Shown: positions 10,438 to 18,504 of the stretch, piece by piece | Layout: every line of letters begins with the position of its first letter | Numbering within the stretch: position 1 is the stretch's first letter | Assembly (NCBI GenBank): GCA_017961145.1 | Contig: JAGCXU010000054.1 | Span: 1 to 52,012, forward strand | Length of the DNA: 52,012 bases | Direction: 5' to 3' | Source of the DNA: Bacteroidaceae bacterium | GTDB taxonomy: Bacteria > Bacteroidota > Bacteroidia > Bacteroidales > Bacteroidaceae | Position numbers and translations under genes: made by a program | Notes under the pieces: generated by a model | The model's database searches: none | Told to the model about the DNA's origin: nothing | The model's input: only the letters and a program-made list of their open reading frames with translations

Positions 10438-11223
10438 ATGATATTTCTTAAGACAGAAGACGAGATAGAATTAATGCGAGCTGCCAACCAGCTTGTTGCC
10501 AAGACACTGGCCGAAGTGGGGAAACATATCAGGCCAGGAGTTACGACAAAGGAGTTGGACAGGGTAGCGGAAGAGTTTATACGCGACAATGGTGCGGTGC
10601 CTACCTTCAAAGGTTTTCCTAATCCTTGTGGAGGCACACCGTTTCCCGCGTCGATTTGCACCTCAGTCAATGATGTTGTGGTGCATGGTGTCCCCAACGA
10701 CACGCCGTTAGCGAACGGAGATATCGTGTCGGTGGACTGCGGAGTACTTCTGAATGAATTCAACGGAGATTCTTGCTACACATTCTGTGTGGGTGAGGTA
10801 ACGGAAGAAGTTGCTCAGTTGCTCGATGTCACGAAGAAAGCCCTCTATGAGGGAATCGCCAGTGCCCAGCAGGGCAAGCGCATCGGTGACATTGGTTATG
10901 CAGTGCAGACACTTTGCGAGTCTCATGGCTACGGAGTCGTTCGCGAGTTCGTTGGTCATGGCATAGGGCGCAAGATGCATGAAGACCCTCAGGTTCCCAA
11001 TTACGGGAGGAAAGGTAATGGTCCGATGATAAAGAGCGGACTTTGCATCGCGATAGAGCCTATGATATCGATGGGCAGTCCGAAGATATATATGTGTGAT
11101 GACAACTGGACCATCAAGACGCGCGACGGAAAACCTTCAGCCCACTTCGAGCACACTATTGCAGTGCATAAGGGCAAGGTTGAAATTCTGTCTTCCTTCG
11201 AAGATATAGAAAAGACTAAATAA
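10438..11223 (+). CDS. map: Type I methionine aminopeptidase
   Basis: 261 aa with an M24A-like sequence (VVHGVP, FVGHGIG, IEPM). It follows secY directly, as in Bacteroidota. Confidence 0.95.
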   Translation: MIFLKTEDEIELMRAANQLVAKTLAEVGKHIRPGVTTKELDRVAEEFIRDNGAVPTFKGFPNPCGGTPFPASICTSVNDVVVHGVPNDTPLANGDIVSVDCGVLLNEFNGDSCYTFCVGEVTEEVAQLLDVTKKALYEGIASAQQGKRIGDIGYAVQTLCESHGYGVVREFVGHGIGRKMHEDPQVPNYGRKGNGPMIKSGLCIAIEPMISMGSPKIYMCDDNWTIKTRDGKPSAHFEHTIAVHKGKVEILSSFEDIEKTK

Positions 11224-11229
11224 ACAAGT

Positions 11230-11448
11230 ATGGCAAAACAAGCTGTTATAGAACAAGATGGTGTGATTGTGGAATCGCTATCGAATGCGATGTTCCGAGT
11301 TGAACTTGAGATTGGACAGAAGATAATCTGTAACATCTCTGGCAAAATGAGGATGCATTACATCAAGATACTTCCTGGTGATAAGGTTAAAGTGGAGATG
11401 AGTCCGTATGACCTGACGAAAGGACGTATCGTATTCAGATACAAATAA
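11230..11448 (+). CDS. infA: Translation initiation factor IF-1
   Basis: 72 aa with an S1-like fold sequence ([35 protein letters not shown]). Confidence 0.97.
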   Translation: MAKQAVIEQDGVIVESLSNAMFRVELEIGQKIICNISGKMRMHYIKILPGDKVKVEMSPYDLTKGRIVFRYK

Positions 11449-11458
11449 AAACATCAAT

Positions 11459-11575
11459 ATGAAAACAAGAGCTTCTTTAAAAAAACGTACCCCAGACTGC
11501 AAAATAGTTCGTCGCAAGGGCCGTTTGTATGTTATTAACAAGAAAAACCCTAAGTACAAGATGCGCCAGGGTTAG
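11459..11575 (+). CDS. rpmJ: 50S ribosomal protein L36 (bL36)
   Basis: Not in the ORF track (38 aa). Manual translation gives [38 protein letters not shown]. It sits in the slot between infA and rpsM. Confidence 0.92.
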   Translation: MKTRASLKKRTPDCKIVRRKGRLYVINKKNPKYKMRQG

Positions 11576-11605
11576 TCATTATTGCAAATTAGAAAAGTAT
11601 AGTAT

Positions 11606-11986
11606 ATGGCAATTAGAATTGTTGGTGTAGATTTACCTCAGAACAAACGAGGTGAAATCGCTTTGACCTATATTTTCGGTATAGGTCGTAGTAGCTCCGC
11701 CAAGATCCTTGAGAAGGCTGGCGTGGACAAGGACAAGAAGGTTACTGAATGGACTGATGACGAGGCAGGAAAGATTCGTGAGATTATCGGTGCCGAGTAT
11801 AAGGTTGAGGGTGACCTCCGCTCTGAAATTACAATGAATATTAAGCGCCTTATGGATATAGGCTGCTATCGTGGAGTTCGTCATCGTAATGGTCTTCCCG
11901 TTCGTGGTCAGAGCACTAAGAATAATGCTCGCACACGTAAGGGTAAGAAGAAGACTGTTGCAAACAAGAAAAAGGCTACTAAATAA
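11606..11986 (+). CDS. rpsM: 30S ribosomal protein S13 (uS13)
   Basis: 126 aa, beginning [11 protein letters not shown]. Confidence 0.97.
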   Translation: MAIRIVGVDLPQNKRGEIALTYIFGIGRSSSAKILEKAGVDKDKKVTEWTDDEAGKIREIIGAEYKVEGDLRSEITMNIKRLMDIGCYRGVRHRNGLPVRGQSTKNNARTRKGKKKTVANKKKATK

Positions 11987-11994
11987 TAATTGAT

Positions 11995-12384
11995 ATGGCA
12001 AAGAAAACAGTTGCTACAAAGAAGAGAGTAGTGAAGGTTGACGCAATGGGTCAGCTCCACGTACACAGCTCGTTCAACAATATCATTGTCTCTTTGGCCA
12101 ATAGCGAAGGTCAGGTTATTTCTTGGTCTTCTGCTGGAAAGATGGGTTTCCGTGGCTCTAAGAAGAACACTCCTTATGCTGCACAGATGGCTGCTCAGGA
12201 TTGTGCAAAGACTGCATACGATCTGGGTCTGCGCAAGGTGAAGGCATACGTCAAGGGTCCAGGCAATGGTCGCGAGTCAGCAATCCGCACTGTTCATGGT
12301 GCAGGTATCGAAGTGGTTGAGATTATCGACGTTACTCCACTTCCTCACAATGGCTGTCGCCCTCCAAAGAGAAGAAGAGTTTAA
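11995..12384 (+). CDS. rpsK: 30S ribosomal protein S11 (uS11)
   Basis: 129 aa, with the C-terminus [18 protein letters not shown]. Confidence 0.98.
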   Translation: MAKKTVATKKRVVKVDAMGQLHVHSSFNNIIVSLANSEGQVISWSSAGKMGFRGSKKNTPYAAQMAAQDCAKTAYDLGLRKVKAYVKGPGNGRESAIRTVHGAGIEVVEIIDVTPLPHNGCRPPKRRRV

Positions 12385-12420
12385 TATGATTTTTAGGTCA
12401 AACATAAATAGTTAGATAAA

Positions 12421-13026
12421 ATGGCAAGATATACAGGACCTAAGTCAAGGATTGACCGTCGCTTCGGCGAGGCTATCCTGGGAAATCCGAAAGTACAGGC
12501 TAAGCGTAACTTCCCTCCTGGTCAGCATGGTAACAACCGTCGTCGTAAGACTTCTGAATATGGCATCATGCTTGCAGAGAAGCAGAAGGCTAAGTACACC
12601 TATGGTGTTCTGGAGAAGCAGTTCCGCAATATGTTCGAAAAGGCTGCTCGCACTAGTGGCATTACTGGTGAGATCCTCCTTCAGAACCTTGAAAGTCGTC
12701 TTGACAACATCGTTTACCGTCTGGGCATTGCTCCCACTCGTCGTGCTGCTCGTCAGCTTGTTAACCACAAGCACATTGTAGTTGACGGACAAGTGGTAGG
12801 TATCCCTTCTTATAGTGTTAAGCCCGGTCAGGTAGTAGGTGTTCGCGAGCGCAGCAAGAGCCTTGAGGTTGTAGAGAATGCTCTGGCAGGCTTCAACCAC
12901 TCCAAGTATCCTTGGATTGAGTGGGATGAGAGTCAGAAGGCAGGCAAGTATCTTCACAAGCCTGACCGTGCAGACATTCCCGAGACTATTAAGGAACAAT
13001 TGATCGTTGAGTTGTACTCTAAATAA
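12421..13026 (+). CDS. rpsD: 30S ribosomal protein S4 (uS4)
   Basis: 201 aa, beginning [10 protein letters not shown] with an S4 domain. Confidence 0.97.
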   Translation: MARYTGPKSRIDRRFGEAILGNPKVQAKRNFPPGQHGNNRRRKTSEYGIMLAEKQKAKYTYGVLEKQFRNMFEKAARTSGITGEILLQNLESRLDNIVYRLGIAPTRRAARQLVNHKHIVVDGQVVGIPSYSVKPGQVVGVRERSKSLEVVENALAGFNHSKYPWIEWDESQKAGKYLHKPDRADIPETIKEQLIVELYSK

Positions 13027-13035
13027 AATATAAGA

Positions 13036-14028
13036 ATGGCGATATTAGCATTTCAAAAACCCGATAAGGTTATAATGTTGGAGGCGGATGACAAGTACGG
13101 TAAGTTCGAATTCCGCCCCTTGGAAGGTGGTTTTGGTACTACCATTGGTAATGCTTTACGCCGCATCCTTCTCTCCTCGCTTGATGGCTTTGCTATCAAC
13201 ACAGTATCTATTTCTGGTGTAGAGCACGAGTTTGCTACTGTGCCTGGAGTTAAGGAAGATGTCACCAACATTATATTGAACCTGAAGCAGGTAAGATTCA
13301 AGCAGGTTGTAGAAGACTTTGAGACAGAGAAAGTTGCCATCACAGTCGAGAACGTTACTGAGTTCAAGGCTGGTGACTTCAACAAGTATCTTGTTGGCTT
13401 CGAAGTGTTGAACCCCGAATTGGTGATTTGCCATCTGGACCCCAAGGCGTCCTTGCGTATGGAAATCAATATCAATAAGGGTAGGGGCTATGTCCCTGCA
13501 GACGAGAACCGTCCCTTCTGCACCGATGTGAATGTTATCCCTATCGATTCAATTTACACTCCAATCAGGAATGTCAAGTACGCAGTAGAAAACTTCCGCG
13601 TAGAGCAGAAGACTGACTACGAGAAACTTGTGCTTGAGATTACTACTGATGGTTCCATTCACCCGAAGGATGCGCTCAAGGAAGCTGCTCGCATCCTCAT
13701 TCACCACTTCATGTTGTTCTCCGACGAGAAGATTACGCTCGAGAACAGCGAGATGGACGTGAATGAGGAATTCGACGAGGAGGTTCTGCACATGCGTCAA
13801 CTCCTGAAGACGAAGCTGGTGGATATGGACTTGTCTGTACGCGCACTGAACTGCCTCAAGGCAGCCGACGTCGATACACTCGGCGACCTCGTACAGTACA
13901 ACAAGACCGACCTGCTTAAGTTCAGGAACTTCGGCAAGAAATCGCTCACGGAGCTTGATGATTTGCTCGAGAGTCTGAATCTGTCGTTTGGAACGGATAT
14001 TTCTAAGTATAAATTAGATAAAGAATAA
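13036..14028 (+). CDS. rpoA: DNA-directed RNA polymerase subunit alpha
   Basis: 330 aa with a C-terminal domain HhH-like region ([14 protein letters not shown]) in the alpha-operon position. Confidence 0.97.
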   Translation: MAILAFQKPDKVIMLEADDKYGKFEFRPLEGGFGTTIGNALRRILLSSLDGFAINTVSISGVEHEFATVPGVKEDVTNIILNLKQVRFKQVVEDFETEKVAITVENVTEFKAGDFNKYLVGFEVLNPELVICHLDPKASLRMEININKGRGYVPADENRPFCTDVNVIPIDSIYTPIRNVKYAVENFRVEQKTDYEKLVLEITTDGSIHPKDALKEAARILIHHFMLFSDEKITLENSEMDVNEEFDEEVLHMRQLLKTKLVDMDLSVRALNCLKAADVDTLGDLVQYNKTDLLKFRNFGKKSLTELDDLLESLNLSFGTDISKYKLDKE

Positions 14029-14034
14029 AAAGTC

Positions 14035-14556
14035 ATGAGACATAATAAGAAATTCAACCATTTGGGTCGTACTGCATCCCACAGAGCAGCTATGTTGAGC
14101 AACATGGCCGTGTCTCTGATCATGCACAAAAGAATCACTACGACCCTCGCCAAGGCAAAGGCCTTGAAGAAGTATGTAGAGCCTCTTATCACTAAGTCGA
14201 AGGAGGATACTACCAATTCACGTCGTGTCGTGTTCAGCTATTTGCAGGACAAGCACGCCATCACGGAACTCTTTACGGTAATCTCTCAGAAGGTTGCTGA
14301 CCGTCCTGGTGGCTACACTCGCATCATTAAGACGGGTTTCCGTGCAAGTGATGCTGCTCCCATGTGCTTCATCGAGCTTGTTGACTTCGATGAAAACATG
14401 GCTAAGACTGCTAAGAAGGCAAAGCGCACACGTCGTTCTTCTAAGAAGGCTACTACTGCTCCTGCAGCTGAAGAGGCTGCTCCAGTAGCTGAAGCTGAGG
14501 CACCTGCAGAAGAAGTTGCAGAGACTGCAGCTCCTGCAGAAGAAGCTCAAGAATAA
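14035..14556 (+). CDS. rplQ: 50S ribosomal protein L17 (bL17) with an acidic Ala/Glu/Pro-rich C-terminal extension
   Basis: Begins [17 protein letters not shown]. The last ~50 residues are low-complexity K-rich then A/E/P-rich sequence. Confidence 0.96.
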   Translation: MRHNKKFNHLGRTASHRAAMLSNMAVSLIMHKRITTTLAKAKALKKYVEPLITKSKEDTTNSRRVVFSYLQDKHAITELFTVISQKVADRPGGYTRIIKTGFRASDAAPMCFIELVDFDENMAKTAKKAKRTRRSSKKATTAPAAEEAAPVAEAEAPAEEVAETAAPAEEAQE

Positions 14557-14574
14557 TTCTAAATTGCAATAATG

Positions 14575-14612
14575 AAGCCGCTTCGTCCGTGAAGGATGGA
14601 GCGGCTTTTTGT
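14575..14612 (+). terminator. Rho-independent terminator of the r-protein/alpha operon
   Basis: AAGCCGCT (14575-14582) pairs with AGCGGCTT (14600-14607) and is followed by a T-run. Confidence 0.75.
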
Positions 14613-14636
14613 TATATCGATAGTCATGGGCAGGGG

Positions 14637-14718
14637 CGTTAGCAAACGTGACGTGTGTCGTTGGCCAACGTCACGTGTTACGATTGCCAACTTAACGTGC
14701 CTAGTTTGCAAACTTGAC
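14637..14718 (+). repeat. Array of three clear 22-bp units (ACGTGnnnnGnTTGCCAACnTn) plus a partial unit
   Basis: The units are 14651-14672, 14673-14694 and 14695-14716, read directly. The first contains the 12-bp palindrome CGTTGGCCAACG. Confidence 0.8.
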
Positions 14719-14827
14719 TGCATGCTATCGGATGTGCCTTGATGTGCTTCTGCAAGTTCAGGTAATGAAAAAGGTTTTCGAGATAAAGAATTATGCCGGA
14801 TGACTTGGGCCTTTCGTTTCTTTTTCG

Positions 14828-14835
14828 TACCTTTG
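14828..14835 (+). promoter_or_regulatory. Bacteroidetes-type -7 box (TACCTTTG) upstream of the GH92 gene
   Basis: Matches TAnnTTTG 34 nt upstream of the ATG at 14869. No clean -33 TTTG was seen. Confidence 0.4.
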
Positions 14836-14868
14836 TCCCAAATTTTCTACTATAAACAAGCTATAACG

Positions 14869-17034
14869 ATGAAAAGTAAATTTTTCCTTCTTGGCCTGAT
14901 GTTTGCCGTTACGGCTCAGGCTGAAAACTTTGCGCAGTACGTTAATCCTGTCATTGGCACGGGCGACCACGGACATGTCTTCGTGGGTGCTAATGTGCCT
15001 TTTGGTATGGTGAATGCTGGTCCGACGCAGATTGAGACGGGTTGGGACTGGTGTTCCGGCTACCATGAAAGTGGCAAGAAGATTATCGGTTTTGCCCAGA
15101 TGCATTTGAGCGGAACTGGTTGTGGCGACTTGGGAGACATCGGTCTGATGCCTGTCTATGAGGACGTGGAACTCACTCGCGAGGGTATTGCCAGTGAATA
15201 CCGTCATGAAACGGAAATCTTAGCACCTGGCTATTACCGTGTTATCCTCGACCGTTTCCACATTCAGGCAGAGGTGACAGCCACTGAACGTACCGCTCTC
15301 TATCGCTTCACTTTCCCTCGTGGCAGTAACAACGCTCGCATCATCATCGACTTGGAGAATACCATTGGCGATGATGCCCGCGACACTCGCGTAGTTCCTG
15401 TCGACGACTACACTTTGATGGGCTATCGTCGCAGCCATGGTTGGGCAAACGATCAGATTGTTTACTTCTGCATGAAGTTCAGCAAGCCCATCCACAACTG
15501 GCTGAGTGAAGGGCCAGATGCGAAGTATGGGATAGCGACTTTCGAAGTTGGACCTGGTGACGACGTGATGGTCAAAGTGGCTCTCTCACCCACAAGCGAG
15601 GCAAACGCACTTCTCAACATGAATGCCGAGCAGCCTAATGGCTTCGACTTCGATGGTGTTGCCGAGGCCGCTACTGAGGCTTGGAATCAGCAACTCTCTC
15701 GCATCAAAGCCACTTTCCGTACTGAACGCGAACGTACTATCTTCTACACGGCAATGTATCACTATATGGTAGCGCCCCAACTCTGGAACGATGTAACGGG
15801 TGATTATATGGGTGCGGACCTGAAGGTTCATCGTGGAGCCGATTATAATACGCTCACAACTTGGAGCCTTTGGGACACTTATCGTGCTGCCCATCCTCTG
15901 GCAACCATCATCATGCCTGACCGTATGCGCGACTATGCCAAGACGATGCTTGCCATCTATCGCGAATGGGGCGAGTTGCCAGTATGGCATCTTGTAAGTA
16001 ACGACACCTATTGCATGGTGGGCGAGCCTGCCGTTCCAGTTCTGGCAGATATCATTCTGAAGGGTGAAGCAGGCGATATCGACATCGATGAAGCCTACGA
16101 AGCAGTTTGTGCAAGCATGCTTCCCACAGAATATGCAAAGGTTCGTCGAGTTCCTCTTCGTGGTAAAGACTATCTTGCAGAACTCGGTTATCTGCCTTAC
16201 GACGGTCGCGAAGGTGAAGTCGTTGGCAAGAGCATGGAGTACTTCATCGCATCTTGGGCAGCAGCTCAGCTCGCAGGAAAACTTGGTCACAAGGAAGACA
16301 GCGTTCGTTTCTACGAGATTAGCATGAACTACAAGAAACTCTACGACCGTCGTGTCAACGTAATGCGTGCACTCGATATGAAAGGAGAGTTCCGTCCGTT
16401 GCCTCCCAACTTCAATCCAAATCAGCAGACACGCGACTATACCGAAGGCAATCCCTGGCAGTACACGTTCCTCGTACCTCATGATGTGAAAGGACTTGCT
16501 GAGGTGATGGGTGGAGATAAGGCTCTCGACAAGCGTCTGGACGACTTGCTGGCAGCCAGCAGCGACCTTGGTGCAGGTGCTGCACCCGACATCTCAGGCC
16601 TTATCGGTCAGTATGCTCATGGCAATGAACCCAGCCATCACATCCTCTATATGTACAATTATGTAGGTCAACCTCGTAAGGCGCAGAAGTGGATTCGTCA
16701 GGTAATGGATGAACTCTATACTGACCAGCCAGCAGGTCTTTGCGGCAATGAGGACGTCGGCCAGATGTCGGCTTGGTACATCCTCTCAGCCCTTGGCTTC
16801 TATCAGGTTGAGCCTTGTGGTGGTGTTTATCAGCTTGGTTCGCCCATCGTGGAAGAGGCTGTTATTCCTGTCGGCGAGGGTAAGACTTTCACCATCCGTA
16901 CTCACGACGGCAGCGACAAAGCCATCTATGTCAAGAAGTATGTGCTGAACGGCAAACCGCTCAAGGGCACAACGATCACTCACGAGCAGATTATGGCTGG
17001 TGGTACGCTGGATGTGTATATGACAGCGAAGTAA
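14869..17034 (+). CDS. GH92 family alpha-mannosidase (secreted)
   Basis: The ATG at 14869 gives the signal peptide MKSKFFLLGLMFAVTAQA. GTGDHGHVFVGANVPFGMVNAGPTQ and the later HGNEPSHH motif are typical of GH92. The track start at 14800 is judged an upstream extension. Confidence 0.9.
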   Translation: MKSKFFLLGLMFAVTAQAENFAQYVNPVIGTGDHGHVFVGANVPFGMVNAGPTQIETGWDWCSGYHESGKKIIGFAQMHLSGTGCGDLGDIGLMPVYEDVELTREGIASEYRHETEILAPGYYRVILDRFHIQAEVTATERTALYRFTFPRGSNNARIIIDLENTIGDDARDTRVVPVDDYTLMGYRRSHGWANDQIVYFCMKFSKPIHNWLSEGPDAKYGIATFEVGPGDDVMVKVALSPTSEANALLNMNAEQPNGFDFDGVAEAATEAWNQQLSRIKATFRTERERTIFYTAMYHYMVAPQLWNDVTGDYMGADLKVHRGADYNTLTTWSLWDTYRAAHPLATIIMPDRMRDYAKTMLAIYREWGELPVWHLVSNDTYCMVGEPAVPVLADIILKGEAGDIDIDEAYEAVCASMLPTEYAKVRRVPLRGKDYLAELGYLPYDGREGEVVGKSMEYFIASWAAAQLAGKLGHKEDSVRFYEISMNYKKLYDRRVNVMRALDMKGEFRPLPPNFNPNQQTRDYTEGNPWQYTFLVPHDVKGLAEVMGGDKALDKRLDDLLAASSDLGAGAAPDISGLIGQYAHGNEPSHHILYMYNYVGQPRKAQKWIRQVMDELYTDQPAGLCGNEDVGQMSAWYILSALGFYQVEPCGGVYQLGSPIVEEAVIPVGEGKTFTIRTHDGSDKAIYVKKYVLNGKPLKGTTITHEQIMAGGTLDVYMTAK

Positions 17035-17073
17035 AAGAATAAAAGGTAAAAAGACAATAAATACTATACGACT

Positions 17074-18504
17074 ATGAAGAAACTCATATTTGCCCTGTTG
17101 ATGAGCGCGCCAATGTCCGCCTTCAGCAATACGAACTACACTATACCTGAGCCTGCAAAGAAGCAGCAAGTGGCAGTACAGAGCACCATCAAGGACCTCC
17201 GTCCTGCGCCTGAAAAGCGTCTTTTCCGTAGCGAATCAGTCGAGAAGCAAATCCTTGACCTCAAGCAGAAACTTACTTCTATTGATCCTAAATTGTATTG
17301 GATGTTCGTCAACTGCTTCCCAAATACGCTCGATACGACTGTTTGGTACAGCAATGAAAGTGGTGACGACGACACATTCGTCATTACAGGCGATATCGAG
17401 GCAATGTGGCTTCGCGATAGTGCCGCACAGGTTTGGCCCTATCTGCGCTATGTGAATCAGGACGAGCCGCTGCGTCATCTTATTCGTGGCGTTATCCGTC
17501 GTCAGTTCGCTTGCATCCTTATCGATCCCTATGCCAATGCCTTCAACATTAAACCAAAAGATGGCGAATGGCAGAAGGACGAGACAGACATGAAGTTGGA
17601 ACTGCATGAAAGGAAGTACGAAATTGACTCTCTATGCTATCCCTTGCGCCTTGCTTACGCTTATTGGCAGAAGACTGGCGACAGCAGCATCTTTGACGAG
17701 ACTTGGCTCAAAGTGGTGCGTGCCACACTCGATGTGTTCCGCGACCAACAGAACTGGAATGGATATAAGACGAACTATCACTTCCGTCGTCAGACAAAAG
17801 CTTATCACGACACTCGAAGCAACGCGGGTTATGGCCATCCGGGCAAGGCTTGTGGCCTCATTGCCAGTGCTTTCCGTCCCAGCGACGACAGCACAATCTT
17901 CCCTTACCTTGTGCCCTCGAACTTCTTTGCAGTAAGTGTTTTGCGTAAGGCAGCAACCATCTTGCGTTCTGTGAACAAGGAGAAGGTGCTTGCAGGCGAG
18001 TGTGAGCAGATGGCAAGCCAAGTGGAAACTGCCTTGAAGGAATATGCCGTAGTGGAACATCCCAAGTATGGTCCCATCTATGCCTTCGAGGTTGATGGTT
18101 ACGGAAGCTATCTCCTTATGGACGACAGCAATGCTCCCAGCTTGCTCTGCCTGCCTTATTTGACCGACGTCGACATTGACGACCCCATTTATCAGAATAC
18201 GCGCAAGTTCGTTTGGAGTGAGGACAATCCCTACTTCTTCAAAGGAAAGGCCGGCGAAGGCATTGGTGGTCCTCATTGTGGCCTTGATAAGCCTTGGCCC
18301 ATGTCATTGGTTATGAAGGCTTTCACCACTAATGATCGTGCAGAGAAGGAGTGGTGTGTGCAGGAAATCCTTAAGACCGACGGCGGCAAAGGCTTCATGC
18401 ACGAGTCCTTCAACAAGGACGATGCAACGGACTATACACGCAGTTGGTTCGCATGGGCCAATACAATCTTTGGCGAACTCATCGTAGATATGTATGCAGA
18501 ATAA
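17074..18504 (+). CDS. GH125 family exo-alpha-1,6-mannosidase-like protein (formerly DUF1237)
   Basis: Has a signal peptide. TGDIEAMWLRDSAAQVWPY and the overall ~475-aa size are typical of GH125. Confidence 0.85.
   Translation: MKKLIFALLMSAPMSAFSNTNYTIPEPAKKQQVAVQSTIKDLRPAPEKRLFRSESVEKQILDLKQKLTSIDPKLYWMFVNCFPNTLDTTVWYSNESGDDDTFVITGDIEAMWLRDSAAQVWPYLRYVNQDEPLRHLIRGVIRRQFACILIDPYANAFNIKPKDGEWQKDETDMKLELHERKYEIDSLCYPLRLAYAYWQKTGDSSIFDETWLKVVRATLDVFRDQQNWNGYKTNYHFRRQTKAYHDTRSNAGYGHPGKACGLIASAFRPSDDSTIFPYLVPSNFFAVSVLRKAATILRSVNKEKVLAGECEQMASQVETALKEYAVVEHPKYGPIYAFEVDGYGSYLLMDDSNAPSLLCLPYLTDVDIDDPIYQNTRKFVWSEDNPYFFKGKAGEGIGGPHCGLDKPWPMSLVMKAFTTNDRAEKEWCVQEILKTDGGKGFMHESFNKDDATDYTRSWFAWANTIFGELIVDMYAE

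Noticed and set aside
14800-14868. These are N-terminal extensions in the ORF track for GH92 (14800), the ROK kinase (36666), AraC (46573), rfbA (25419), secY (9062), rsgA (31347), the flippase (22534) and VTC (30671).
   Set aside because: Several of these starts are TTG codons. Others precede an internal ATG that yields a proper signal peptide or the canonical family N-terminus. Shorter ATG starts were preferred, and residual uncertainty is noted per feature.
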